The notes under the pieces are model-generated. The model made no database searches. It saw only the letters and a list, made by a program, of their open reading frames with translations, and was not told the DNA's origin. From an uncultured Caulobacterales bacterium (GTDB lineage Bacteria; Pseudomonadota; Alphaproteobacteria; Caulobacterales; Parvularculaceae): a DNA stretch of 64,000 nucleotides. Below are positions 38,429-47,183 of the stretch, piece by piece (positions within the stretch are counted from its first letter, which is position 1; the number at the start of each line of letters is the position of its first letter). Both the position numbers and the translations under genes were made by a program. Location: positions 1,293 through 65,292 of the forward strand of contig CAZOEB010000004.1 of assembly GCA_964578685.1 (NCBI GenBank), given 5' to 3'.

Positions 38429-38852
38429 CGCGGCCGCGCTCTTTTCAAGCGCCGCCGCGATCGAGCCGGACGAAGTGCTGGCCGATCCGGCGCTTGAAGC
38501 GCGGGCGCGGGCCTTGAGCCGCGAGATCCGGTGCGTCGTCTGCCAGAGCGAGAGCATTGACGATTCGAACGCTCCCCTGGCGCGCGATCTGCGCCTTATC
38601 ATCCGTGAGCGGATCAGCGCCGGCGACAGCGATCGTGAAGTGACCGACTATCTCGTCGAACGCTATGGCGACTACGTCCTCCTGAAGCCGAGAGTGCAAA
38701 GCAATACGATCGCGCTCTGGCTCGCGCCGCTGACGGCGGGGCTGATCGGCGGGGGGGCCGCGTTTTTCTTCCTGCGGGGCGCAAGGCGCCGCTCCCGTCC
38801 GGCGCCGCTGACGCCGGAAGAGGCCGCGGCGATCGAAAAGCTCGAAGGATGA
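38409..38852 (+). CDS. ccmH: cytochrome c-type biogenesis protein CcmH
   Basis: 147 aa with the LSREIRCVVCQSESIDDSNAPLARDLR (CxxC) signature and a C-terminal TM segment. Confidence 0.9.
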   Translation: MRRLLISAAALFSSAAAIEPDEVLADPALEARARALSREIRCVVCQSESIDDSNAPLARDLRLIIRERISAGDSDREVTDYLVERYGDYVLLKPRVQSNTIALWLAPLTAGLIGGGAAFFFLRGARRRSRPAPLTPEEAAAIEKLEG

Positions 38853-39736
38853 GTTTCGCGATCTTTCTCGTCGCCGCCGCCGCGATCGCCATTTCGGCGC
38901 TCGTCTTCATCGCCGCGCCTCTGTTCCGCAAGGATACGGCGATGGAAGAACCAGACGACGCCGCAGCGAAACTGCGCGAGCGCCTTGCTTCGATTGCGCG
39001 CGACCGCGAGGCGGGTCTCATCTCCCCCGAGGCCGCCGCCGACGCCGAAATAGAAGCAAAGCGCAGCGCGCTTTCCGCTTCGGCGCCGAAAGCGGCGCCG
39101 GCGCAGCCTGCCCGCCGATGGCGTCTCGCCGCTGCCGCTTTTCTTGGCGCGGCCCCGCTGGCGGCGGCAGGCGTTTATCTCGCGGTCGGTGCGCCTGCGC
39201 TCATCGATCCTCCTCCGGCGCCGCCAGCCCCCTCGGCGGAAGCGATCGCCGCGCTGCCGGAAGAAGAACGTCAGGCGATGATTGCGGCGATGGTCGACGG
39301 GCTGGCCGCCCGACTCGAAGCCGAGCCCGGCGACGCCGAAGGCTGGCGGATGCTCGCTCGGTCGCAATTGGTGCTGAAGCGGCCCGCCGACAGCGCGGCC
39401 AGCTACGGAAAGCTCCTCGGAATGGTGGAGGGGGACCTCGACGACTGGCGGAATTACGCAACCGCGCTTGCCGCCGCTTCGCCGGCGGACCAGTTTCCGA
39501 CCGCGCCCGAGTTCCTGCGCGCGCTCGACGAAATTGAGAAACGGGCGCCGGGGGACATGATGGCGCTGTTCTATCGCGGCGGGGCGGCGCGCGAGGCCGG
39601 CGATCCCGCCGGCGCCGCGGCGATCTGGCGGCGGCTTCTCGCCGCGATGCCCGAAGACGCGCCGGTGCGCGGCACGCTCGAAACGCTGATCGCCGAGGCG
39701 GACGCCGCCGCCCTCTCCAACGGCGTCCCAAAGTGA
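38849..39736 (+). CDS. ccmI: c-type cytochrome biogenesis protein CcmI/CycH (TPR)
   Basis: 295 aa with an N-terminal TM segment, an Ala/Pro-rich linker and a TPR-like C-terminal half (GDAEGWRMLARS...). Follows ccmH with an ATGA overlap. Confidence 0.75.
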   Translation: MSFAIFLVAAAAIAISALVFIAAPLFRKDTAMEEPDDAAAKLRERLASIARDREAGLISPEAAADAEIEAKRSALSASAPKAAPAQPARRWRLAAAAFLGAAPLAAAGVYLAVGAPALIDPPPAPPAPSAEAIAALPEEERQAMIAAMVDGLAARLEAEPGDAEGWRMLARSQLVLKRPADSAASYGKLLGMVEGDLDDWRNYATALAAASPADQFPTAPEFLRALDEIEKRAPGDMMALFYRGGAAREAGDPAGAAAIWRRLLAAMPEDAPVRGTLETLIAEADAAALSNGVPK

Positions 39737-39799
39737 TACCGTAGGGCGGCGCGGGGCTTGCTCCCAAACGCCGGAAACGATGTTGTCCAAAGGTGCCTT

Positions 39800-40747
39800 A
39801 TGCGTAGATTTAGTGCGGGCCTTGCTATTCTTGCGATGCTCAGCGCCGATCCCGCCCTCGCGGCGCGTTACAAAGCTGCGAAAGTTTCATTTCAGGACAT
39901 CACCGGCGCCGTCACCGTGACGACGACCGGCGGCGAAGATGTCGACCTCAAGATCACGCAAGGGAAAATCTACCGCCCGCTGACGGTGAAGCTCGAAGGC
40001 GACACGCTCATCATCGCCGGGGAGCCGCCGGCCGAGCTTCTTGAACGCGACTGCTGCAATGATCGCATTCGGCGCACCGAAAGCCTCGCGCGCGACCGCG
40101 CTGCGGGCGCCCCGGAGCTTCCGCCCGATGCGCTCTTTGCCGATTACCCCGTCATCGAGATTTCCGTGCCGCGCAAGAACGACATCTCGTTTGAAGATGC
40201 GCGCATCCGCCTGAAGATGGGCGCCCTCGACGGCCGCCTGATGCTCGACGCCTGCTACGTGTACGGAGAAACCGAGACGCTGGGGGCCGCGACGATCGGC
40301 GTTCTTTCGGGCAGCCGGCTGGCGCTCGGCGACGTGAAGTCGGCGCTCGAACTTGACGTCTCGGGCGATGCGGAAGTCTTCGGCGGCGCCGCCGCGACGG
40401 CCGACATCGATATCGCCGGCCCCGGCGCCGTCACCATCGGCGCCGTCGACGGCATGCTCGACATTTCAATCGCCGGCTCCGGCGTCGCGCGCACCGGCCG
40501 CGTCGACGGGCCGATGACGGTGCGGATCGCCGGCTCCGGCGTCGCCGTCGCGCAAGGAGGCCGCATCGACCGTTTCGTCGCCACCATCGACGGATCAGGC
40601 GAAGCCGTCGCCGAAGGAACGGCGGTGAACCCGGAACTTCGCCTCTACGGATCGCCGATCGTGCGCTTCGGCGCCGTCGAAGGACGCATCACGCGCCATG
40701 GCGGCGGGGACGTCTATGTCGGGGGCGAACTGGTCAAGCGACCCTGA
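39800..40747 (+). CDS. secreted DUF2807-like (GIN-domain, beta-helical) protein
   Basis: Starts at ATG 39800 with signal peptide MRRFSAGLAILAMLSADPALA. The C-terminal half has periodic I.GSG/GPG....G repeats (DIAGPGAVTIG, SIAGSGVARTG, RIAGSGVAVAQG, TIDGSGEAVAEG). Confidence 0.5.
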   Translation: MRRFSAGLAILAMLSADPALAARYKAAKVSFQDITGAVTVTTTGGEDVDLKITQGKIYRPLTVKLEGDTLIIAGEPPAELLERDCCNDRIRRTESLARDRAAGAPELPPDALFADYPVIEISVPRKNDISFEDARIRLKMGALDGRLMLDACYVYGETETLGAATIGVLSGSRLALGDVKSALELDVSGDAEVFGGAAATADIDIAGPGAVTIGAVDGMLDISIAGSGVARTGRVDGPMTVRIAGSGVAVAQGGRIDRFVATIDGSGEAVAEGTAVNPELRLYGSPIVRFGAVEGRITRHGGGDVYVGGELVKRP

Positions 40748-40814
40748 GGGGGGGACCCGAACCGCTCTGGCGGGCGACCCGGATCCGGCGCTCTCTTGCG
40801 AATAATGCGAGAAA

Positions 40815-40890
40815 TGGCTCCCCGAGCTGGACTCGAACCAGCGACCATTCGATTAACAGTCGAATGCTCTACCAACTGAGCTATCGGGGA
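40815..40890 (-). tRNA. tRNA-Asn (anticodon GTT)
   Basis: The reverse complement TCCCCGATAGCTCAGTTGGTAGAGCATTCGACTGTTAATCGAATGGTCGCTGGTTCGAGTCCAGCTCGGGGAGCCA folds as a 76-nt cloverleaf with a CT-GTT-AA anticodon loop, a GTTCGAGTC T-loop and an encoded CCA. Confidence 0.93.
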
Positions 40891-40907
40891 TCAGCCGTAA
40901 GGCGGCG

Positions 40908-40936
40908 GCTATAGCAAAGGGTATTCGCCGAATCCA
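40908..40936 (-). promoter_or_regulatory. possible promoter of tRNA-Asn
   Basis: On the minus strand, TGGATT (40936-40931), a 17-nt spacer, then TATAGC (40913-40908). The -10 element ends 17 nt upstream of the mature tRNA 5' end. Confidence 0.3.
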
Positions 40937-40977
40937 CCCTCAAAATGCGGCGGCCGCCTGTCCGAGGCCTGGCCCGG

Positions 40978-41028
40978 AAAAAAACTCGCTAAAAGCGAGA
41001 CGGCCGCGCCTTGGGGGGTGCGCGGCCG
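40978..41028 (-). terminator. double-hairpin Rho-independent terminator (minus strand)
   Basis: On the minus strand, CGGCCGCGC-ACCCCCCAAG-GCGCGGCCG forms a 9-bp stem. It is followed by CTCGC-TTTTA-GCGAG and then seven consecutive T. Confidence 0.65.
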
Positions 41029-41090
41029 GTACTCACTATCGTGGGGTATGGTGGGGTGTCTTCGATGAAGAAGACTGCACGAAGGTGCGC
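40978..41090 (-). ncRNA. candidate small RNA, or structured 3' UTR of the RND operon
   Basis: The minus strand reads hairpin GCAC-CTTC-GTGC, hairpin GTCTTC-TTCATC-GAAGAC, then single-stranded ACCCCACCATACCCCAC (ACCCCAC twice at a 10-nt period). Next comes a 9-bp hairpin with a C-rich loop, then a terminator hairpin plus U7. There is no credible ORF and the 5' end is unknown. Confidence 0.35.
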
Positions 41091-41098
41091 CCAACTGA

Positions 41099-41114
41099 TT
41101 AACGAAGGGTTAAC
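41099..41114 (+). promoter_or_regulatory. CtrA-type box TTAA-N7-TTAAC
   Basis: The exact sequence is TTAACGAAGGGTTAAC. It lies between the hairpin after the RND stop codon and the candidate sRNA. I found no other paired TTAA-N7-TTAA by eye. Confidence 0.35.
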
Positions 41115-41136
41115 GCGCCGCGAATAATTGCGGCGA

Positions 41137-44100
41137 TCACTCGGCCGGGCGGAGCACTGGCGGCGGCCCCTTTTTCGGCCGGCGCGGGCCTGCGTCGTAG
41201 TCGGTCTCCAGCGACTTCCCGAAGCCGACGGGCGCCTGCTTCTCTCCGGTCCACGCCCATTTGTAGAAGCGCGTGATGTCCGCGCCGACGCAGTACATCG
41301 CCGGCACGAAGAAAAGCGTCACGAACAGGGCGAAGAACACGCCCCAGGCGAGCGCGACGACTGTCGGCATCAGGAACTGCGCGTCGGTCGAGCGCTCGAA
41401 CATGATCGGCATCAGACCGAAGAAGGTCGTGACGGAGGTGAGAAGGATCGGACGGAACCGCTCGACGCTCGCCTTGGTCAGCGCGGCGACGGCGCCCATC
41501 CCTTGCGCCCTGAGCCGGTTCACATAGTCGATGAGAACAAGGTTGTCGTTGATGACGACGCCCGCGGCCGCGCCGACGCCGAAGAAGGAGAAGATGCCGA
41601 ACTCTAGCCCCAACAGGAAGTGCCCGAACATGGCGCCCATGAAGCCGAACGGAATGGCCGTCATGATCAGCAGCGGCTGGAACACCGAACTGAAGGCGAT
41701 CGACAGCAGCATGTAAACGGCGATGAGCACGGCGATGTACATCCAGCCGATGTCGCCGAGGAATTCCGCTTGTCCTTCCGCGTCGCCGCGCTGGGCGAGA
41801 TTGACGCCCGGATGACGTTCGCGCCATTTCGGCACGAAGTCTTCCTGGATCGACTTCATGATCGCGGCGCGGTCGGCGCCTTCCGGCATCTCCGCCGTCA
41901 CCTGCGCGGAACGCTTGCGGTCGCGACGGTCGATTCGCTTGTAGCTCGGGGCGAAGGTCGCGTCCGCGACGGCGGTCAAAGGCACCTCCCGGCCGTCCGC
42001 AGTCCTTACACGCATCGTTTCGATGGACGTGAGAGATTGGCGCGCAAGCGCAGGGTAGCGGATCATGACGCGCACGTCCTCGCCCTCGCGCGGCAGGCGC
42101 TGGGCTTCCTCGCCGTAGAACGCCTGGCGGACCTGGCGCGTCACTTCAGAAAGCGTCAGGCCGAAGCGCTCGGCGCCGGGTTTGAGGCTGATCTGAAGCT
42201 CCGGCGTTTCCGACTGCAGGCTGTTGCGCACGTCATAAAGGCCCGGCAGCGAACGCATGTAGTTCTGAAGGTCGATGGTCGCCAGCCGCAATTCTTCGAG
42301 ATTGTTCGACTCGATGCCGAAAGCGAAGTCCGGTCCGCCGTCATTGATCGTGTAGCCGACATTGATCTCCTCGGCGTCGGGGATCTCGCCTAGCCGCGCG
42401 CGGAAAAGTTCCGCGATTTCCTTTGTCGACTGCTTGCGTTTATCGCCGTCGATGATGGTGAGGTACGACGTGACGGTCCCTTCCTGCGCGCTGATGTAGA
42501 TCGCCTTGACGAAATCTTCGCCCTCGATCTGGCCGAGCTCTTTCTTCAGCGCTTCGCCAGCGCGCTCGACATCCTCAAAGATCTCAAGGCTGCGCGAATA
42601 GGGCGACCCCTCGGGCATCCGCACCGTCATGGAGACGAAGGTGCCCTGCACTTCGGGCTCGAACTTGAACGCGACCCACCCTTGCGCGATCAGCGCGACC
42701 GAAAGAGCGAAGGCGACAAGGAAGATGGCGACGGTGAAATAGCGAAACTGCAAGGCGAGCTTGATCAGCGGGCGCACGGTGCTGTTGGCGAAGCCGAGGA
42801 GCCCGTCGGCGAAGAAGCTCTGGAGGCGGTGCAGATGACCGGTCTTGTCCTCCTTCTTGAGGTGCGACAGGTGCGCCGGAAGAATGAAGAACGCCTCGAC
42901 CAGCGAAAACGTCAATGCGAAGATGACCGTCCAAGCGATATGCTTGGTGAAGTCCGCCGCGCCGCCTGCGATGAAAAGCCACGGCATGAAGGCGATGATC
43001 GTCGTCATCACCGAGAAGAAAACGGGTTTGGCGACGAGCTGTGTGCCAAGAATCGCCCCGTCGATGCCGCCGCGGCCTTCCTCCGCCTCGGAGTGGATGC
43101 TTTCCCCGACGACGATGGCGTCATCGACGACGATGCCGATGACGAGCAGGAAGCCGAACAGCGACAGGATGTTGATGGAGACGCCGACGGCCGGCATGAA
43201 GATGAAGGCGCCGATCAGCGCGACAGGCATGCCGACCGTCGCCCAGAACGCCACAGCTGGTCGCAGGAACAGCACGAGGACGAAGAGGACCAGCAGGAAC
43301 CCTTGAATCGCGTTCCCGCCGACGAGGTTCATCCGGCTGTAATAGATGTCCGCCGTGTTGAACCACACGAACAGCTCGGCCCGGCCTTCCAGCTCCTGGT
43401 TCTTTTTGTCGATATAGCTGAGCACCGCGTCCGAAAGCGTGACGATGTTCATCGTCTCGGGCGCTTGCACGGCGATCGAAATCGTCGGCGCGCCGTTCAT
43501 CTGGCGCTTCTGTTTGATGTCCTCGAATCCGTCCTGAACAGTCGCGACGTCGCGAACGCGGATGACGCCGCCGTCGGCGAGCTGCCGCACGACGATCTCG
43601 CCGAACTCGTCGGAGGAGTCGGCGAGCGATCGCGCCGCGACCGAAATGTTGCCGGTGTCGGTGCGAACCTGGCCCGCCGAAAGATTGAGCGAAGAGCCTC
43701 GAACCGCACGTGCGACGTCGTCAAAGGTGAGGCCGTAGCGACGGAGCGCTTCCTCTGAAACCTCGATCGAGACCTCTTCCTTGCGCGCGCCCCAGAGATT
43801 GACGAGGGGAGACCCGTTCGGAAGCTGCGAGAGCTCGTCTTTGATTTGACGGGCGAGACGCGTCAGGTCGCGCTCCGGCATGTCGCCGTAAAGCGCTATG
43901 AACATCGCGCCGTTTTCGTTGCGCCACTGGGAAATGACCGGCGGAAAGGCGTCGGCGGGAAGCGTCGAGATGCCGTCGACGCGGCTCTTGATGTCGTTGA
44001 GGAGGCGCGTGGCGTCGCCGGTGTCGACGCCCTCGATATTGATGACCGCGAGATTCTCCTGCGCGCGGCTGTCGATATGCTTGATGCCGTCGACGCCGGA

Positions 44101-44316
44101 GATCGCTTCCTCGATCCTGAGGATGATCTGTTCCTCGATCTCCTGCGGCGCGGCGCCCGGCCATGTGACGGACACGCTCGCGCCGTTGAAGTCGGCGGAT
44201 GGAAAGACCTCGCGCTCGATTTGCCGGAAGGAGAAAAGGCCGGCGATGACGATCGCCACCATCAGCATGTTGGCGGCGATGGGGTTTCGCGCCCACCAGG
44301 CGATCAGGCCGTTCAT
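41137..44316 (-). CDS. RND-family efflux permease (AcrB/HAE-type)
   Basis: 1059 aa with 12 TM segments and two large periplasmic loops. N-terminal WWARNPIAANMLMVAIVIAG and VVDDAIVVGESI are typical of RND pumps. Confidence 0.9.
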   Translation of the reverse strand: MNGLIAWWARNPIAANMLMVAIVIAGLFSFRQIEREVFPSADFNGASVSVTWPGAAPQEIEEQIILRIEEAISGVDGIKHIDSRAQENLAVINIEGVDTGDATRLLNDIKSRVDGISTLPADAFPPVISQWRNENGAMFIALYGDMPERDLTRLARQIKDELSQLPNGSPLVNLWGARKEEVSIEVSEEALRRYGLTFDDVARAVRGSSLNLSAGQVRTDTGNISVAARSLADSSDEFGEIVVRQLADGGVIRVRDVATVQDGFEDIKQKRQMNGAPTISIAVQAPETMNIVTLSDAVLSYIDKKNQELEGRAELFVWFNTADIYYSRMNLVGGNAIQGFLLVLFVLVLFLRPAVAFWATVGMPVALIGAFIFMPAVGVSINILSLFGFLLVIGIVVDDAIVVGESIHSEAEEGRGGIDGAILGTQLVAKPVFFSVMTTIIAFMPWLFIAGGAADFTKHIAWTVIFALTFSLVEAFFILPAHLSHLKKEDKTGHLHRLQSFFADGLLGFANSTVRPLIKLALQFRYFTVAIFLVAFALSVALIAQGWVAFKFEPEVQGTFVSMTVRMPEGSPYSRSLEIFEDVERAGEALKKELGQIEGEDFVKAIYISAQEGTVTSYLTIIDGDKRKQSTKEIAELFRARLGEIPDAEEINVGYTINDGGPDFAFGIESNNLEELRLATIDLQNYMRSLPGLYDVRNSLQSETPELQISLKPGAERFGLTLSEVTRQVRQAFYGEEAQRLPREGEDVRVMIRYPALARQSLTSIETMRVRTADGREVPLTAVADATFAPSYKRIDRRDRKRSAQVTAEMPEGADRAAIMKSIQEDFVPKWRERHPGVNLAQRGDAEGQAEFLGDIGWMYIAVLIAVYMLLSIAFSSVFQPLLIMTAIPFGFMGAMFGHFLLGLEFGIFSFFGVGAAAGVVINDNLVLIDYVNRLRAQGMGAVAALTKASVERFRPILLTSVTTFFGLMPIMFERSTDAQFLMPTVVALAWGVFFALFVTLFFVPAMYCVGADITRFYKWAWTGEKQAPVGFGKSLETDYDAGPRRPKKGPPPVLRPAE

Positions 44317-45554
44317 TCGGCGACGCTCCTGCGAACGGCTTCAGCGACGGTCTCTTCTTCCTCGTCGCCGCGGCTCGCGCCGGGGATCGCGGTTGAATCG
44401 GTCGGCGTGACCTTGTCGCCGCCTTTGGCGCCTCGGAGCGGCGAGGTGACGACGCGCTCGCCGGCTTCAAGGCCGCCGGAAATCGTAATTGTGTCGCGGT
44501 CTGCAGCGAGCACGATGACCTCGCGCGCGCTGATCCGGTCTTCTGCGCCGATGACGTAAACCGTGCTCCGGCCGAAGAGCGAGGTTCTCGGCAGCACGAC
44601 GCCGCGCTCCAGCGCCTTGCCTTCAATGACGGCGTCGACGAAAAGCCCTGCCGCGAGGGGGACGCCGCTCGAAGCGCCGGCGCCGTAAGGATCGTCGACG
44701 ACGGCGATCGCGCCGACCTGACGGGTGCCCGGATCAAAGGCCCCGTCGGTTCGTGCGATGCGGGCGGGCCATTCATGATATTGTCCGCCGATGGTCGCGG
44801 AGAGAGTCGCTTTCGGGCCCGGATTTCCTTCAGTTTCATTGAAGGCGAGCGAGATGCCGAGCTTGGCGAGGTCCCCGTCGGCGAGCGGCAGGCGCACTTC
44901 CGCGACGTCGGTCGAAAAGATGCGCCCGATCGCTGCGCCGGGCGCGATGAATTGGCCTTCGCCCGCCAGCCGCTCGCGCACGCGTCCGTCGAAGGGCGCG
45001 CGCAGCTCCGTGCGCTGAAGATTGAGAAGCGCGCCGTTATAGTCGGCTTTCGCCGCATCGAAGGCCGCGCGCGCCTGCGCGAGCTGCGGCTTCCTGAGCG
45101 TGAGGTCGCTCGCTTCGCCTTTGCGGCCGAGCGCCTCATAGTCCCGTTTGGCGAGTTCCGCCTCGGCCTCTTCGCGGCGAAGCAGCTCTTCGGATTGCGC
45201 CATGCGCGCCTTCGCCGCCGCGACCGCAACGCGATAGTCCGCGTCTTCGATCTTGACGAGCAGATCGCCCTTCTTGAACGCCCCGCCGGCGACGAACTCC
45301 TCTGACGTCCGCACGATCCGGCCCGACACTTCGGCGGTCAAGTTGATGTCCGTGCGCGGACGCACTTCGCCCTGCGCATAGACGTTGAGCGTCACGGGCT
45401 TCGGATCGACGACCGCGTAGAACACGGCCGGCGGCGCCAGCGCCACTTCCTTCGGCTCGATCTTGGGCCGCAAGGAGCCCATGACGCCGATCAGCAGAAA
45501 GCCGCCGGCGAAGATGCCGACGGTGCCGAGAACGGTGAAAAGCTTTCTGAACAT
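44313..45554 (-). CDS. efflux RND periplasmic adaptor (membrane fusion protein)
   Basis: 413 aa with an N-terminal TM anchor, a coiled-coil hairpin (AKARMAQSEELLRREEAEAELAKRDYEAL) and beta-barrel domains. ATGA overlap with the pump gene. Confidence 0.85.
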   Translation of the reverse strand: MFRKLFTVLGTVGIFAGGFLLIGVMGSLRPKIEPKEVALAPPAVFYAVVDPKPVTLNVYAQGEVRPRTDINLTAEVSGRIVRTSEEFVAGGAFKKGDLLVKIEDADYRVAVAAAKARMAQSEELLRREEAEAELAKRDYEALGRKGEASDLTLRKPQLAQARAAFDAAKADYNGALLNLQRTELRAPFDGRVRERLAGEGQFIAPGAAIGRIFSTDVAEVRLPLADGDLAKLGISLAFNETEGNPGPKATLSATIGGQYHEWPARIARTDGAFDPGTRQVGAIAVVDDPYGAGASSGVPLAAGLFVDAVIEGKALERGVVLPRTSLFGRSTVYVIGAEDRISAREVIVLAADRDTITISGGLEAGERVVTSPLRGAKGGDKVTPTDSTAIPGASRGDEEEETVAEAVRRSVAE

Positions 45555-45599
45555 ACCCTTTACTTACGCCCCCCGCGGGATGCGCCTCCTGGCGTCCCG

Positions 45600-47183
45600 T
45601 TAACTTGATGACGCTTCAGCGACTTTTGGACCTGCGTCGGTGATGAAGTCGCCGCCGATCGCGAGATAGAGCGCCACGCGATTGGCGACGCGCTGCTGCT
45701 GCGCCTGAATGTAGGAACTCTCCGCCGAAATGCGACGCGTCTGCGCATTGAGGAGATCAAAGATCGTCGCTGTGCCGCTTGTGTAACGCCGTTCGGTGAG
45801 GTCTTCCGCCGCCGCCGCCTCTTCATAAGCAAGCTTCAGCGCCGCTTCGCTGGCGGCGAGGAATGTCTCCGCCGCGATTGCATTTTCCGCTTCTTCATAC
45901 GCGCGAAGCGCCGTCTGCGCGTAGGTGAGCAGCGAGGCTTCCGCGATCGCTTTCTGGCGTTTGGCGTTGGCGCGGATGCGCCCGCCCTGGAACAGCGGCT
46001 GGAAAAGTCCCGCCGCGATGTTGCCGGCGAGACGCTCGGGATCGATGATGTCGGAAAGGTCCGGACCGCTGGTGTTGATGTTCGCCGACAAGGTGAGGCG
46101 CGGCAGAAGCTGCTTGCGCGCGGCGCGCGCGCGAAGTCCGTTCGCCGTCATGCGCGCTTCCGCGGCGATGAGGTCCGGACGCCGGGCGAGAATGTCGCCG
46201 GGCGCCCCGGCGCCGGCGAGCGCGGGAAGCTCGGGAAGCGCCGCCGCGGCTTCAAGCTCGGCCGCCGGATAGCGACCCAGCAACACCTCAACGCGCCGCG
46301 CCGCTTCTTTTTCCAGGCGTTGGCGAAGCGCGAGGTTCGCCTGGCTGGAGCCGAGCGCAGAGCGCGACAGCCGCACGTCGAGGCTTGAGGCGACGCCGCG
46401 CTCGTAGCGCCGTTCGGTCACGTCGAGATTGCGCTCGCGCGCCGTGACGTCGCGCTGCGCGAGCTCGCGCTGCTGGCGGGCTTCGATCAGGCCGAACCAG
46501 CTTTGCGTGACGGCGCCGGCGACCGACAATTGCGCCGCGTGGAAATCGGCAAAGCTCGCGGCGGCGTCCTTATAGGCGGCGCGCGTTTCATCCGTCAGCC
46601 GGCCCCAGAGGTCGATCTCCCACTGGATCTGCGCGCCGATCGCGTAGTTGTTGATGTAGAAACGCCGGTTCGGCAGCGGGCTGTCCGCAACGCCGTCCTG
46701 GCCGGGCGTGCCGCCGGCCGGTCCGATAAACAGATCAAGACCGTCCAGGCGGCCGTCGCCGTTGGAATCGACGCCGAACTGGCGCTCAATATCCCGCGCA
46801 CGGGTTCCGCGCTCGACGCCGGCGCCGCCCGCCTGCGCGGCCAGCGAAGGGTCGGAGACGATCGCGTTGCGGCTGGCGTTGCCCGAGGCGTTAAGCGTCG
46901 GCAAGAGATCAGCGCGTTCGATCTTCGCCAGCTGACGGGCGGCGTCGAGATTGGCGGCGGCGGCGCGCAGATCATTGTTGTGATCCATCGCTTCGTTGAC
47001 GAGCGCGTAGAGCGACTGGTCCTGAAACGGCGCCAGCCAATCGCCGACCGGCGGATCGGCGACATCGTCCGCGGCCGCCCATTGCGCCGGCGGCTCGGGG
47101 AGCTGCGCGTCAAGGAGTTCCTTGTCGACGCTTGCGCATCCGGCAGCGAGGAGAGCGATAAGCGATACGCCGGTTCTCAACAT
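45600..47183 (-). CDS. efflux outer-membrane factor lipoprotein (NodT/OprM family)
   Basis: 527 aa with lipobox LLAAGCAS and duplicated TolC-like alpha/beta repeats. It is the first gene of the OMF-MFP-RND operon. Confidence 0.85.
   Translation of the reverse strand: MLRTGVSLIALLAAGCASVDKELLDAQLPEPPAQWAAADDVADPPVGDWLAPFQDQSLYALVNEAMDHNNDLRAAAANLDAARQLAKIERADLLPTLNASGNASRNAIVSDPSLAAQAGGAGVERGTRARDIERQFGVDSNGDGRLDGLDLFIGPAGGTPGQDGVADSPLPNRRFYINNYAIGAQIQWEIDLWGRLTDETRAAYKDAAASFADFHAAQLSVAGAVTQSWFGLIEARQQRELAQRDVTARERNLDVTERRYERGVASSLDVRLSRSALGSSQANLALRQRLEKEAARRVEVLLGRYPAAELEAAAALPELPALAGAGAPGDILARRPDLIAAEARMTANGLRARAARKQLLPRLTLSANINTSGPDLSDIIDPERLAGNIAAGLFQPLFQGGRIRANAKRQKAIAEASLLTYAQTALRAYEEAENAIAAETFLAASEAALKLAYEEAAAAEDLTERRYTSGTATIFDLLNAQTRRISAESSYIQAQQQRVANRVALYLAIGGDFITDAGPKVAEASSS

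Noticed and set aside
40909-41094. 61-aa minus-strand ORF inside the candidate sRNA region.
   Set aside because: It has no SD, and its composition is Pro/Arg/His-rich and non-protein-like. The frame spans two terminator-type hairpins, so a non-coding interpretation fits better.
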